A stretch of 64,000 nt of DNA, taken from NCBI GenBank assembly GCA_001643675.2, contig LSRY02000069.1, positions 1 through 64,000 of the forward strand. Direction: 5' to 3'. A model generated the notes under the pieces. That model was given only the letters and a program-made list of their open reading frames with translations. It was not told the origin of the DNA and did not search any database. Below are positions 22,450 through 36,435 of the stretch, piece after piece. A program made the position numbers and the translations under genes. The stretch comes from Monocercomonoides exilis PA203. Lineage: Eukaryota; Protista; Preaxostyla. Each line of letters opens with the position of its first letter. Position 1 is the stretch's first letter.

Positions 22450-23774
22450 ATGTTTCCAAACGAATTGCAAAAGTTAGATTGTCCGTCCCAAGACGAAATG
22501 AAAGTGGAATCGAAATTAGAAGTTCAGAACTCAAAGTTCTTAAAAAGCAGTTTTCAAGCCCAATCGAATGATAAGGAATTGGATCAAGTGAAGAGCGCAT
22601 TTTCATCGGGATACGCGTCGCAAATATTTTCAACTGAAAATGAGCAAAACATTTCACATGGTTCTCAGCCAATTACAGCGCCACTTTTTCCAACGCCACC
22701 CACATTCACCAACTTTCATTCTCCTCCTTTCACACCGCCTATGCAATCGAGTTTTGAGTCTCCATTTTCACCATTTTCCCAACATGCCCTGTTTTCACCA
22801 ACATTTAGTCCTTCTCTTTTCTTTGAAACTCACCCTTCTTATCCTCGTTCTCCTCCGACTTATCACAACCATATAAAACAAACAACAATGTTCAATTCAT
22901 CTTTTCAGCAAAATTTATCAAATAATTGTGGATATGAAGACAGTGGAGCTTTATTTGATGATGAAGATTGGTCAAATCCTGAAAAGAAAAAAAGAAGGAT
23001 TGAACAAAGAGAAAAGCAAATTATTTATGGAAAAAGCACAAGTGGATATCGCAATTACGTTTCTGCAGTTAAAAAGTATTGACGAATTATTATTATTATT
23101 TATATATTTCTCACTATTTCGTCGTAATTATTAATAGAGATCAACGTGATCCGCATATTCATCCATCAACGCCAAAGCCTGAATGGAACTGCTCAAAGCG
23201 AGCATTTGATTCCGTTGTTCGCTCGTGGAGGCGCTATCTGCATGGGTGGGATGACCACAATTCTGAGAAGTATCCCTACGAAACAACTGAAGTTGTGAGC
23301 GCCGAAGAAATGAAGAAACGAAGTGAAATTTTAGAACTCATGGATGAAGAAATGGAGAAAAAAGAAGAAAGAATAAATCAAAGTGGGAAAGAGGAAAGCA
23401 ATATTTCAGCATTTGATCAGATTAAGGAGAATGTTGATGAAGATGAAAAACCAGTTGATCTGGCAATTATCGAAAAAGAAGAGCAAATGGAAAGCGAAAA
23501 AAAGCGACTAAAGACAATGCAAACAACTGAAACAAACGAAGAATGTGATGTGAAACAGCAAAAGATTGCTTTAGAAAAAAAAGAAACAAAGCCAATTGTT
23601 GAAGAAGATAAAAAGTTAAATGCTATAATTCAGAAGGAAGAAACAGATGCGAGTGGAATAATTAATGGAAAGAAGAAGAAGAAGAAGAGAAGTGCAAAGA
23701 CTACTGAAAAAGATAACGAATGGGATAAGCTCCTTGATGAAACTCCCGACATCGATGATTGGGCAGCTTGTTGA
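22450..23774 (+). CDS. SLBP: Histone mRNA stem-loop binding protein (2 exons, intron ~23076-23138)
   Basis: RNA-binding domain signature QREKQIIYGKSTSGYRNY ... HPSTP ... SKRAFDSVVRSWRRYLHGWD. Confidence 0.88.
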
Positions 23775-24232
23775 TTTTTTGGTGTTGAAGAACATATCAA
23801 AGAAAGAAAGGTTTAATTTCAACAAATATTTATTTATTAAACTTTCTTTGCAATTGAAAATTTGAAGCATTCTGCTTAATTTTATCAATTCCTCACTGTT
23901 TGATTTATCATTTCTATCTTATTTTATGCCATGCACCTTTTCTTTGCTATTAATTCAAGAAAACTCATTGGAAATTACAACTGGTTGTTGAACATTATGT
24001 ATTTTCTAAGTCATATTTTTACAATCTCTGAATAACATACAAAATAAATAATCAAAGAATGAAATGTGAGTATAAGTGTTGATAATTAATGAACACTGAA
24101 AAAAATAGGAAAATAATAATAAAATATCTGTCAAAATGCTGTTAATTTTTTTTCTTTAATTATTTGTCGCTTCATCTTAAGAGATTATTATTTAACAAAA
24201 TTTCTTTCTTTGTTGGACGTCTCAATGAATTT

Positions 24233-27200
24233 TTATCTATTTAGCGCTGAAATTATGTACTTTTCGACTTCACCAACAGTATCTTTACATTCTCCAGCTA
24301 CTTTTCCTCGTTTTATTTCGTCAACAACTATTTTGCAGTGCTCCAGTTCTGCAGATGACAGTGTTGCATTCTGCTGTTGGTGGCGAAGGATAGAAAGCGA
24401 GACTAAAAGATAGTTGTGAAGTGAAGAAGAGGCTGAGTGGCTGAAAAGTGCAGTCAAAATGCCTCGATGAAAGCGAAGTGCAGATGAATACGATGAAGAC
24501 GATGATGTCGAAGATGGAGAAGTCGAAACGGTATGGAAAAGTGGAATCTCAGTCAAAAAAGACAGAGTCTGTTGGCATTTAGAGAAGCTTTCAAACAGCA
24601 GGCCACAATGATTGAGTAGTGACAATGCATTGTCGACATCTCTGTTCGTTTCATCTGTTTCTTTTTTGGTTCTTTCATGCATCTCTTCTATTCTTTCTGA
24701 ATCTCTTCCTTCACTGCTCCTTTTCTCTTTCTCCTTTTCTCTTTCTCTTTTATCCTCCAATGCGCGCCTGTCATTGCAGTTGAGAATGTGCAACGCCCTT
24801 TTTGACATTCCGATGCTGAATCTGACGAGGCCAAACGAACAAAACAGCTTAACCGCATCAGGATTTTGTGATAAAAGAGAAAGACACAAAAACACAATGC
24901 ACTCAAATTCACTCACAATTGTACCAACTTTCTTTTCTGCTTTTTCTTTGTTCGTTAGCACAAAAGAATTTGGAGGAGATGCATGTGTTGAAGCAATTGC
25001 TGCACTTCCAGCTGACCTCTGAGGAGTGGAGAGAGAATGCGATGGAGAAATTGATGATTCTGCTGATGTGTTTTGAAGTTGAATTCTTCGATCTTTCTCT
25101 CTTTCATGCTCTTCTTTCAGTGCACGAACAGAAAGTGGAACAAATGATGATGACAAATAAAGCGGATGAGAATCTGAGCTGTGAAGTAGATTGCCACTGA
25201 GGCGGAAGCAGAGCTCGAGGATCTTCGAAAGCAATGAAAGAAAAGCGAAAGTCAGTTCATCTTTTGGATGGGTCGGAGTTGTTGCAGAAGAAGAAGCAAC
25301 AGTCGATCCCTGAAGTTGCTTCTTCCCTTCAATCAGCAGTAACAAGTCAAGCACGACTGATATTAAACGACAAATTAGAGGAATGGTCCAGCACAGTTTA
25401 AACTTGTATTCAGACTCTTTTGAGCGTCTACTTTCTTTTTTGCAATCTGGATCTGCTTCAAATACTCTCGACTCATCATCTCTTTCCTTCTTTTCTTTCT
25501 TTGGAGTTCCTTCATCCTCATCTATTCCAATCATCCATTTTTTCACTGTGCCCAAAAGCGACAAATTTGTGACAATCACCAAAAGATGCAACACAAATTC
25601 CAAAAGCATCCATGAGTTCATTCCCACAGAAAACCCTGCTTTTGCCTCAGTGTTGTAATTCCTCGAAGACGAAGCATGCATCATTTGAGCTGTAAATGCA
25701 CCAGATGGTGGAAACCTGATTTGTTGTTCCTTTGCGAATTCTTCTCGAATTGCATTCAGCGGAGATTGTTTTGAAGCCAGTTGAGAAAGAATCGATGCTC
25801 TTTCTTGTAATGAATCGCAGCAAGAGCAAAGCAGTGAAACAAGAAGATCAAGTGGAAATTCTGAAAAGGATGGGTCAAGAGCCGGAAGAGGAAAGCTCAG
25901 AAATGATGGTGTATGCTCTGAAACAGATGAGCAGCTTGAAGATGCACTCTGTTGGCTTCCAGATGGATTCAGAAGATATGAAAGACATCTCAAGCACACA
26001 GACTCGTTGTCATCTGCCGCATTCTCTTCTCTCGTTGTGTTTTCCTCTGTTTCCGTCTCTTTTCCGCTTTCCTGCACAGTTTCCAGTCCTTCAAAAGCGT
26101 CAGTCTGCCCTCTTCTTGCTCTTATTCGCTCGCTAACTTCAGGTGGAGGAACAGATGCTCCACCAATGTTGCGTACTTGCCCTCGGGTTCTTCTTTTCGG
26201 TGGAGAAGTGGATTGTTCCCGCTGCTTTCTTTTCTTTCTCATTCTTTCTTTATCTTCATACTTCGGTTCATTTGCACGGGTGCCTTCACCTTGTTCCTTC
26301 ACTTTGATCGTTTTCTGCTGTTTGTGAAGTCTTTGCGTGTGCGCCTTTCTCAGCCTGCTGAAATGCAAGCGCCAGTTTGTAATAGCCACTCGAGTTTCCT
26401 TTCTCTTCGCAGCAGACGATAGGCATCGCAGAATAAAGAGGAGCGAACGAGGAAGTGCCAAAGAGGATACAAATGGAGAATGAATCTGAGGTCGGCGAGA
26501 AGAAGAGATGGAAGAGGCAGAATATTCAGATGATGAGCTGTGATGAGAAAAGACGTTGCTGAAAAGAAGAGTCGGAGATGAGTGTGCTGATGGTAGAAGG
26601 TTGGCCTTCAAAAGCTGCAAAAGCGAATAGAGAAGCAAAAATGAAGGAGAACATCGGATTTCTGAAGGCACCGAAGCAAAAGAAATGTTCTGTGATTGCT
26701 TGGACAATGAATGAGGAGAAAACAAATGAGAAGAATAGGCAAAAGAACGTGATTGGAGTGGCGTTGCATTCGCAGAAGGAGAAGAAGAGGTGGCTGATGA
26801 AGCTGTTTGAGGTGAATAGTGAGATGGAGAATGGAGTTGCTTGTAGACTTCTTTCAGTGCAGCCACAGTTGGCGATGCAGCCTGAGATGAAAATGCGTCA
26901 GATGATGTTGTTTTTGTCAAAGGAGTTGCCAAAATGGAAGATGAAGTGTTTTCATCAGAAGCTGCTGACACATTTTGTGGATCTGAAGCAGATGCATCTG
27001 AAGGCGATGATGAAGATGGAGAGGCGTATGAAGTTGAATAGGATTGTATCGGGGAAAACGAAAGTGTTTGGTTTCCTTTCTTAAGTGCTTTGCATTTTGT
27101 GGGTTCATCAAACAAATCGTCTTTCAGCTCCTCGTTCATTTCTTTTTCCTTTTCGCTTGCTTTCCTCTTCTCTTCTTCGTCCTCTCTTAATCTTTCTTCT

Positions 27201-30200
27201 TCCTCTCGCTTAATTCTTTCTTCTTCTTCTTTCTTCTTCCTCTCTTCTTCCTCTTTCTTTATTTTCTCCTCTTCCTCTTTTCTGATTCTTTCCTCTTCTT
27301 CTCTTTTCTTCTTCTCTTCCTTTTCCTTTCTCAATTTTTCCTCCTCCTCCTCTTTCTTTAATCTTGCTTCCTCTTCTCGTTTTAATCTCTCTTCTTCCTC
27401 TTTTCTAAGCCTTTCTTCTTCTTCCCTTTCAAATTTTTCCTCTTCTTCCTTCCGTTTCTTCTCTTCTTCTTCTCTTTTCAAGCGTTCTTCTTCCTCTTTT
27501 ATTCTTCGTCTTTCTTCTTCTTCTTCGTCTTTCCTTTTTTGTTCATCTTCTGCTTCTTTTCTTTTTCTCTCTTCCTTTTCTTTTTCTTGTCTCCTTCTCT
27601 CTTCCTCTTCTTTCTTTCTTCTTTCTTCTTCTTCTTCCTTCCGTTTACTTTCCTCTTCTTCTCTTCTTCTCTGTTCTTCCTCTTCCTTTCTTAATCTCTC
27701 CTCTTCTTCCTTCCTTTTTTTCTCTTCTTCTTCTTTTCTCAGTCTCTCTTCTTCTTCCTCTTCTAATCTTTTTTCCTCTTCTTTTTTCTTGATCCTTTCC
27801 TCCTCCTCCCGTTTAATTCTTTCTTCTTCCTCTCTCTTTATTCGTTTCTCTTCTTCCATTTTGAGTCTTTCATCTTCTTCTCTTCTAATACGCTCTTTTT
27901 CTTCCTCTTCTTTTCGCTTTCTTTCTTCTTCTTCCTTCTTAATTCGTTCTTCCTCCTCCTTTCTTAACCTTTCTTCTTCTTCTTTTATTAAACACTCCTC
28001 TTCTTCCTTGTGTTTTCTTTCTTCTTCTTCTCTTCTCTTCTCTTCTTCTTCCTTTTCTTGTTTCAATTTTTCTTCTTCGATTTTTCTTTCTCTTTCTTTC
28101 CTTTCTTCTTCCTCTTTCCTCAATTTAAGTTCTTCTTCCATTTTGAGTCTTTCCTCCTCTTCCTTCATTTGCCTTTCTTCTTCTTCTTCTTCTCTTTTCA
28201 ATATTTCTTCTTCCTCTTTCTTCTTTCTCTCTTCTTCCTCTTTCCTTAATCTTTCTTCTTCTTCTCTATTGATTCGTTCCTCTTCTTCCTTTTGTTTTCT
28301 CATTTCTTCTTCCTCCTCTTTCTTCTTTCTTTCTTCTTCTTCTTTTCTCTCTTTCTCCTTTTCTTTCTCTTCTCGTAAGCAATTTAGATGCGCTTTTGCT
28401 TCTTTTATCTGCTTTTGTTCAATCCAAAAATGTTCGATTTTTCTTACAGCACTTTTCTTTTTTTCTTCTCTTTCAAGATTTTCTTCTTCTTCTTCTTTCC
28501 TCCTATTCTCCTCTTCTTCTCTCTTCAATCTTTCTTCTTCTTCCTTCTTTTTCTTTTCCTCTTCTTCTCTCTTCTTCTCTTCTTCTTCCTCTTTTCGTTT
28601 TCTTTCCTCTTCTTCTTCCTTCCTTTTTCTTTCCTCTTCTTCTCTCTTTATTCTTTCTTCCTCTTCTTTTCTCAATCGCTCTTCTTCATCCTTTCTCTTC
28701 CTCTCCTCCTCTTCTTCTTCCCTCTTCTTCTTCTCTTCTTCTTCTTTCTTCTCCTTTTCTTCCTCTTCCTTTCGTTTCCTTTCTTCTTCTTCTTCTCTTC
28801 TGAAACGCTCTTCTTCTTCCCTCTTCTTCTTATCTTCTTCTTCTTTTCTTAACTTTTCCTCCTCTTCTTTCTTTAATCTTTCTTCCTCTTCTTCTTTCTT
28901 CTTCCTTTCCTCCTCTTCCTTTTGTTTTCTTTCTTCTTCCTCTTTCTTCTTCCTTTCTTCTTCTTCCTTTCGTTTTCTCTCCTCCTCTTCTTTTCTCAAT
29001 CTTTCTTCTTCTTCCTTTTTCTTCCTTTCTTCCTCCTCTTTTCTTAATCGTTCTTCTTCTTCCCGTTTTAACCTTTCCTCCTCTTCTTTCCTTTTCCTCT
29101 CTTCTTCTTCCTCTTTCCTTATTCTTTCTTCTTCCTCCCTCTTCCTCCTCTCCTTCTCCTCTTTTCTTATTCGTTCCTCTTCCTCCTTTCTTAGCCTTTC
29201 TTCCTCTTCCTTTCTCATCCTCTCCTCCTCCTTCCGCTTTAATCTTTCTTCTTCTTCCCTCTTCTTCTTCTCTTCTTCTTCTTTCTTCTCCTTTTCTTCC
29301 TCTTCCTTTCGTTTCCTTTCTTCTTCTTCTTCTCTTCTTAAATGCTCTTCCTCCTCTCGTTTTATTCTCTCTTCTTCTTCTTCTTCTTTTGTCTTTCTTT
29401 CCTCTTCTTCCCGTTTGAGACTTTCTTCTTCTTCTTCTTCTTTAATTCCTTCTTCTTCCTTTTTTTCTTTTTCTTTTTCTTCCTCTTCCTCTTCCTCTTC
29501 ATCTTCATCTTCATCTTCATCTTCATCTTCATCTGCTTTTTCATCTCCAGCAGTGTCTGTTGAATCTGATCTCTCTGCTTTTTCTTCTTTCTCTTCAACA
29601 ATTCCATTTGAGTCAACATTTTGTCCTTCGGTCAATAACTCATCATTTTTCGCTTCATCTTCCATCTGCTCAGTCTTTCTCTCTTCTTCCACATCTTCTT
29701 CCCCTCCTCTCTTTATTTCATTCCTTTCATTCTGTTTTGAAGCATCTTTCGATAACTCATCTATACCACTTGATAATTCTCCAACAGATTCATCATTTTT
29801 TGCTGCTTTTATTTCCATTTCATATTCTTTTTGAAGATCATCTTCTTCTTTCTCATTCGCTTCTGTTTCTTTTTCAACATTTTGTTCAATTTCCAACAAT
29901 TTGTCTGTTATTTCCTCAGCAGCAGAAGGTTTTTCTGTTGTTGCATTTGAGCCATTCTCTTCTCTAATTGATTCATCATTCAAATGTTCATCTGCTTCCT
30001 CAACTTCTTCCTTTGCCTCTTCTTTCTTTTCTGCACGTTCTTCATTTTCAACAGGAAAACTATCTTTCTGAGCAATTTCTTCATCTGTCACTTCATCAAC
30101 ATCTTCCTCTCTCTCTTCCGATGCAGCCTCTTTTGCATCTGTGCCAGCTCTTTCATTCTCCAGTGCAAAGGAATCATTTGAGCCTTCAATCTTTTCTTTC

Positions 30201-33086
30201 TTTTCTTCTTCTGCTTCACTCTCAGTTGGCATAGCTTCATCTTCTTTCTCTTTTGCCTCATCTGCTTCACCCTCATCCATTTTATATTTTTTTGTCCTTT
30301 CATCAACTTCATTGGATTCCATTCCTTTCTCATCAACAGCTGCTGTTTCGCCGCTTCTTTTCCTGTCTTCTTTTTCTTGTTCTGAAACTATTTCCTCTCT
30401 TTCATCCATGTTATTGACTTCAACATTACAACTTCTTCCATCTCTTTCCTCTTCTTTCGTCGGGTCATCTTTATCATCTTTGTCATCTTTGTCATCTTTG
30501 TCATCTTTGTCATCTTTGTCATCTTTGTCATCTTTGTCATCTTTGTCATTTTTTGTCTCTGCTTCCTCTTGCTCTTCATGTAATTCTTGTTCTGTTAGAT
30601 TTTCTTGTATTGCTTCATTTTCCTTTCTTTCAACATTTCCTTGAATTTGCCCTCTTCCCTTTTCCTGCTCATCATCTTCCTCCTCTTCCTCTTTCTCACT
30701 TTCTTCCTTTTTTGTACTGTCTTTCTCTTCCTCTTTCTCTTTCTCTTTTCCTTTCTCTTCTTCTTCTTCCTCCTCCTCCTCCTCCTCCTCCTCCTCTTCA
30801 TCTGCTTTTTCATCTCCAGCAGTGTTTGTTGAATCTGATCTCTCTGATTTTTCTTCTTTCTCTTCAACAATTCCTTTTGAGTCAACATTTTGCTCTTCAG
30901 TCAATAACTCATCATTCTTCGCTTCATCTTCCGCATCTTCTTCTTTCTTTTCAGTCTTCTCTTCGTCATTCTTCTGTTGAGCTACCTCAACTCTCTCTTC
31001 TTCTTCTTCTTCTTTGCCACTTTCCTCGTTTCCTTCCTCATTTCTTTCATCTTCCGTGAAGATTTCTTGCTTTCTGTTGTTCTTCTCGTTGCTTTCCTCT
31101 TCTTCTGTCTCATCTTTTGCAAATGCACTTTCTCTTTTCTCGCATTCTTCTGAAATGGCATTCGTGTCTTTCTCTTCTTTTTCAGCAAACTGTTCATTCG
31201 ATTCTTTTTCCAAATCATCGTATTTCTCTTCATTTCGTTCAGATTCTTGTTCTTTTTCATCAAACTGAGCATTATCATTGTCTTCTTTTTCTTCGTTATC
31301 CTCTTTGCCTTCTTCTTCATTTTGGTTCTCTTTTGTATCTTTCTCTCTCGTAGTGTCTTTTTCAGCATTCCTCTCATTCTCTTCGATCGATTCTTCTATT
31401 TCTTTTGGCAACTGCCCTTCCTCTTTGGTTTCATCATCTTCTTTCTGTTGTTTTCCGGATGAAACAATCTTTTCTTTACTGTCACTTTCTTCGTCTTCTT
31501 CGTCTTCTTCATCTTCTTCATCATCTTCATCATCTTCATCTTCTTCATCATCATTGTCATCATCTTTTCTATCACTTATTTCTTCGCTCTCAAAAAGTGT
31601 TGCCTTTTTGTTGGTCTCTTCGCTGGCAGTTTTTATTGCTTCATTCTCTTTAACCTCATCAGAACTTTCTCTTTTGTCCTCAAATTCTTCTTTCAGATCT
31701 TCTTTTGGCTGAACATTCTCAGCCGAATCTGCTTTTTCATCGTGTTCGTCTTCTTGTGCGTCTTCTCCACTTAAAACATTTTCATATTTCTGATCTTTTT
31801 CAGCATCCATTTTGTACTCCTTCGTATTTGCTTCGTTTTCACTTGTTTCATTTTCGACTTTGGCTGTTTCTGTTGAGCTTTCTATCTCTTCGTCTGATTC
31901 TTTGTAGATCTCTTTATTCTTTCCTTCTAAATGATTCTTAGTGTAATCATCCTCTTTATGTTCTTCCTTTTGTTCATAAATATTTCCTTTCTGAGCTTTT
32001 CTAATATCTGTCTCTTCTTCAAAAAGCTTCTTCTCTTTATCTTTTTCGGTACTTTCGAATTCTTCGTCAGTTTTATTCGCATCCATTTCGATTTCATCCA
32101 ATCTCTCAGCATCTTTTTCTTTTTTTTCATCTGTTTCGTTGGCGCATTTTTCTTCTTCGCATTTTGCTATTTTCTTTTTGTAATCATCGTCTTTTGTTTC
32201 CACCTCAGTTTTCACGCTTGACTCCTCTGATGCTGTATTGATTTTCACTTCATTTTCGTCATCATGCAAATGAATCCCATTTTCGTTTTTTTCATTCAAC
32301 ATATCTTGTTTATATTTATTTCCATCGACTAGCTCTTCAATTTCTTTTGAATTTTCATTATCAAGAACAACCTCTTTCAGATCTTCTTTCTCGTCCTCAA
32401 TTAAAATTTCATTATCCTTTCTTTCAAAATCTTTATTAACCTCATTTCCTTTCTTGAAAATATAGCACTCTTCGTTCTTCTTCATTTCTTGCATTTCCTT
32501 TTTAATGTCATGTGTTTCGAAGCTAATTTCTTCTTGAAGGAGTTCATTCTCCAAAATATTTTTTGATTCCTTTTGTTCTTCATCAATTTTTGTATGATTC
32601 TGTTCTTTCTTGTTAGCACATTCTTTGTCATAGTTATCTTTAATGGAACTTGCAGCTTCTTTGCAATCATCTGCCTCGTTTCGTTCTTGACTCTCCATAA
32701 CAATTATCTCGCTTTCATCTTCAAAAAGTGATTCTTCGCTGGAAGAGAATTTTCTTGCATTTTGTAGATATTCTTGCTTCTCAAGTTCATTTCTATAATT
32801 AATTTCTTCTTCATGTTTTTGAGAATTTTGAATAATTTCAACACTATTCACACAAAAAAATATTTATAAATAATTGTTGAATATAAAAATAATTAATTTA
32901 AAATTTTCCATAAATAAAAGAAGCCCTATTTACATACTTTCTTTCGCTATTTTCTTCTGTGTTTTCTTCATTTTTGTTCTGTTCCCAGTGATTATTTCCT
33001 TGTTCATTATCCAAATCAAAAGGCTCTATTGATGCTTCATCCGAGAAAGGTTCATTTAAATTAAAGTTCAAATTTGAATCACTCAT
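24233..33086 (-). CDS. Giant (~2900 aa) acidic, E/K/R-repeat protein with a helical C-terminal domain; short first exon at ~32938-33086
   Basis: 2872-codon open frame plus an upstream exon beginning MSDSNLNF. EEEERKRK repeats and a (DDK)n 9-bp repeat at ~30470-30548. Confidence 0.85.
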
Positions 33087-33257
33087 AAAGATTTAAAATT
33101 CTCTATTCCAGTATATTGGTGGGGAGCCTTCAAAATTAATTGTTGTTTTTCTTTTTGATCTTTGTTCTCATAATAAAATAAATTGATAATATAAAAGTTT
33201 ATTTTGAAGGAAATATTTAGATATTTTTCACTCTTTATGACATAATAATCTTGCAAC

Positions 33258-35393
33258 ATGAATATACAACATAAGAAGAACTCAACTATTGATGATATTT
33301 CAGCAGTTGATGACTCAAGACACCAATCTTCGTTGTTAAAAAGAATGATGCATATACGACCTCATTGGCACCCTTTCCCTTTGTATGTTAAATTCAATTT
33401 GGAAGAAATAAAATTTTATAATGTTATACCTTCGCGGCCAGAAATGTCTTCTCTTTTTCCATTTGATCTTCCATTGCTTGAGAGAAAAAGAAAAGAACTA
33501 TCATCTTTCATTTTTGACCGAATCAAAAAGTATAGTAAATCTGAAGATTTCGCAGTACCTGCAAGCTTGGAATTGTTCATTAGAAAGAAACTTCGAGAAG
33601 AGGAAAAAGAAAGGCAAAAGCAATTGAAAAAAAATGAAATTCAAAATGAAATTTCTGTCCGTATATCACTGGAACAAACAATACATACTATGGCGTTAAA
33701 AGAACATCAAATGACATTACAAAAGACTTCTTCAAAAAGCGGAATTCTGACGAGAAGTTCAATTATCGAACGGAGCAATCTGCAGTTGCAAAATAAAGAT
33801 GATTTTTCTGAAAAGAAAGAGAAACCCAAAAGCTCAAAGGATTCTCAAAAGTTCTTATCTTATATTGATTCAAACTCTACAGGTGATGAACTCTCAATTT
33901 CATTTAAAAGTTGTGACGATGAAGCAGATCTTGAAACATCATATTTTGATCAGATCAATTCGTCTCTGATAAAAGTTCGTGCGAACGAATCGATTGATCG
34001 CAAGGATAAACAAAAGAAACGACATAATCAATTGAAAAAAGGGAGCAGTACTGAAAAGAAAAAGAAGTCCAAGTTTGTTGAAAGAAATAAAGGAAGAGAT
34101 GAAAGCTTGCAATTGAAAATGAACAAAAAGAAGACGAAATCAAACGCGAAAGAAAAATATATAAAAATTAGCTATATCGATTTTGAAAGCGAAGAGGAAG
34201 AAGAAAGTGAAGAAGAAAATATTTTGCATTCCTCATTATTTGTTAATGAGCCACATTATTCAAGCAATCCATTGTTTTCATCAATGAATGAACCTAAAAG
34301 AAAGAAAGAATCTGCGAGGAACGAAGCCAAAATTGATTATTACGATTACAATGACAGCAGCTTTGAAGACGAAAATAACGGTATTGATGTGAGTTCATTT
34401 CGTGGACATAAGCCTGAAAAATCCTTTGATGAAAATGAAAATGACTATTTTGAAGATGAATCAACTGATGAAAAAGAAGAAAAAGAAGAAGAATTGGACG
34501 AAAAGCAAGAAAATTCAAGTATTGAAACTGTTGATCTTGAAGATGATGAGGAAGATATTTTGCAATTTTATGAAACATCAGCAGACGAAGAAAGGCGAAT
34601 CAAAAAGATAGAAGAAGAAAGAATGAAAGAGGAAAAAGACAAAAAAGAAGAGAAAAGGAAGAAAGAAGAACTGGAAAAAGAAAAAGAAAAGGCGAAAAAG
34701 ATAAAAGAAAAAGAAGCAAGAAAGAATCAAAAAAATCTCAAAAGATTTGACACGCATGCTTCTCTCGAAATGTGGATTGAGAAAATAAAGAAAGAAAAGA
34801 AAACAAAGAACGGGGAAAAAGAAGAAGAAGAAAGCGATTATATTATTGTTGATAAAGAAAATGATGAAGCCACTGAAAACGATGAAAAAGGAGAAAACGA
34901 GAAAGAGGAAATTTTGAGTGAATCTCCTCCTCCAATAGATACTGATTTGTTTTACAAGAGAGAAACAGAAGAAGATCGAAGAGAAAGAGAAGAAGAAGAA
35001 GAAAGAGAAAGAGAAAGAGAAAGAGAGAAAAAGTTGAAAAGAGAGGAAAATGAAAGAGAAGAGAAGAAGAAGAAAGAAGAATATATTCTAAATTTGCGAA
35101 GAGAAATGGAAGAACGAGCAAGAAGAGAAGAGAAAGCAAAAGCTTTGGAAGATAATCAGAACCAACCTCCAATTTCCGCAAATAGAGCAAGCAGTCCGTT
35201 TCCTCCACCTCCGCCACCTCCAAAAAAACGCAATAAAAGCAAATCGACAATAGAAGCAACACAAAAAGAAACGGATAACGAAGAAGATTTTTCCGCTCAG
35301 AAAATTAAGGAGAAAGAAATCAAAGCTTTAACTACCGAAGACGAAGAGCATCAGTCAGACAAAGGATCAAATGATATTGTGCTGGATATTTGA
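33258..35393 (+). CDS. Hypothetical charged low-complexity protein, 711 aa
   Basis: Long ATG-initiated ORF, divergent from the previous gene across ~170 bp. Confidence 0.8.
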   Translation: MNIQHKKNSTIDDISAVDDSRHQSSLLKRMMHIRPHWHPFPLYVKFNLEEIKFYNVIPSRPEMSSLFPFDLPLLERKRKELSSFIFDRIKKYSKSEDFAVPASLELFIRKKLREEEKERQKQLKKNEIQNEISVRISLEQTIHTMALKEHQMTLQKTSSKSGILTRSSIIERSNLQLQNKDDFSEKKEKPKSSKDSQKFLSYIDSNSTGDELSISFKSCDDEADLETSYFDQINSSLIKVRANESIDRKDKQKKRHNQLKKGSSTEKKKKSKFVERNKGRDESLQLKMNKKKTKSNAKEKYIKISYIDFESEEEEESEEENILHSSLFVNEPHYSSNPLFSSMNEPKRKKESARNEAKIDYYDYNDSSFEDENNGIDVSSFRGHKPEKSFDENENDYFEDESTDEKEEKEEELDEKQENSSIETVDLEDDEEDILQFYETSADEERRIKKIEEERMKEEKDKKEEKRKKEELEKEKEKAKKIKEKEARKNQKNLKRFDTHASLEMWIEKIKKEKKTKNGEKEEEESDYIIVDKENDEATENDEKGENEKEEILSESPPPIDTDLFYKRETEEDRREREEEEEREREREREKKLKREENEREEKKKKEEYILNLRREMEERARREEKAKALEDNQNQPPISANRASSPFPPPPPPPKKRNKSKSTIEATQKETDNEEDFSAQKIKEKEIKALTTEDEEHQSDKGSNDIVLDI

Positions 35394-36435
35394 CAAGATA
35401 AATAACCAGAAATCAAATTTTTCAATAATTATTTCGAGATTTTTTCTTTATTTTTTTTTAAATAAAAACAACAATAGCAAATAATTGTACAAAAAGAATA
35501 ATCATAAATTATGCAGGTTGATTAATTACGATTTTTTTTTTTTTTTTGAAATAAATAACTTTTAAATTATTGTTTGAAGAATGATGTGACAAAAAACATC
35601 AGCTCGAATTTTGATTTGCTATTCAATTCTTTTTCCCATAACTAAATGAAAGGGATGTGTGTCACAAATCTTATTATTCAATTTCTTTGGAATGGATAAT
35701 ACTGTTCAAATTTTTTTTAATTACTTGTTCTCTTTTTCGATTTTATGAAACCAAATGGGGCAAAATACGGACTTTCAAGCTTTTTTTGCGAAAGGCATAG
35801 AAAAATTGCTTCGCTCATAACTTTATTAAACTTCATCTGATTTCAGAATAAATTGGATTATCATATCTGTTAACAAACATCATTGATATTATTACACAAT
35901 GCTTTGTGACATCACACGTATTTCAAAAAATGGACTCATTCTTAATAAGTTTTTTGATATTAAAAAGTCAACGAAAAGAACATAATTTTTGAATGAAAAC
36001 GGCTGAAGCAAAATATTTTGCCCCAAATGTTAAAGCTGAAATAAAATAAAGATGACTTTGATTTGTCATTTTTCTTTTCATTGTTCTTTTGTTAATATTC
36101 AAAGTGAATTCTCAAGAGAAAATATTTGTCAAAATCATTTGATCAAAAATAATCACACAAGTGTAATATTGTCATCAAATATTAACTATGATATATTTTC
36201 CAATCTTTTTTTATAAATATGTGTGATTATTTTTGCAATCCTGTTTTTTCGAAGAAAAATTACGGTTCTAAAAATTTGAAATGAATTTTTATCAATGAAC
36301 ACAGAAAAGAAATAACTTCAACAAAAAACAACACTCTCTCACTCTCTCTCACTCACACATACATACTCTCTCTCTCTTTTTTTTTTCCCATCAATTATTA
36401 ACTTTATAAAACTGATTGAAAAACATGTGTCTACA

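Noticed and set aside
27090-29834. 914-aa Ser/Phe/Leu plus-strand ORF and similar antisense ORFs over 49.7-57.2 kb and 61.5-63.8 kb
   Set aside because: These are shadow frames of low-complexity purine-rich coding sequence on the opposite strand.
24233-32851. ORF length of 2872 aa equals the viral unit length of 2872 bp
   Set aside because: Numerical coincidence.
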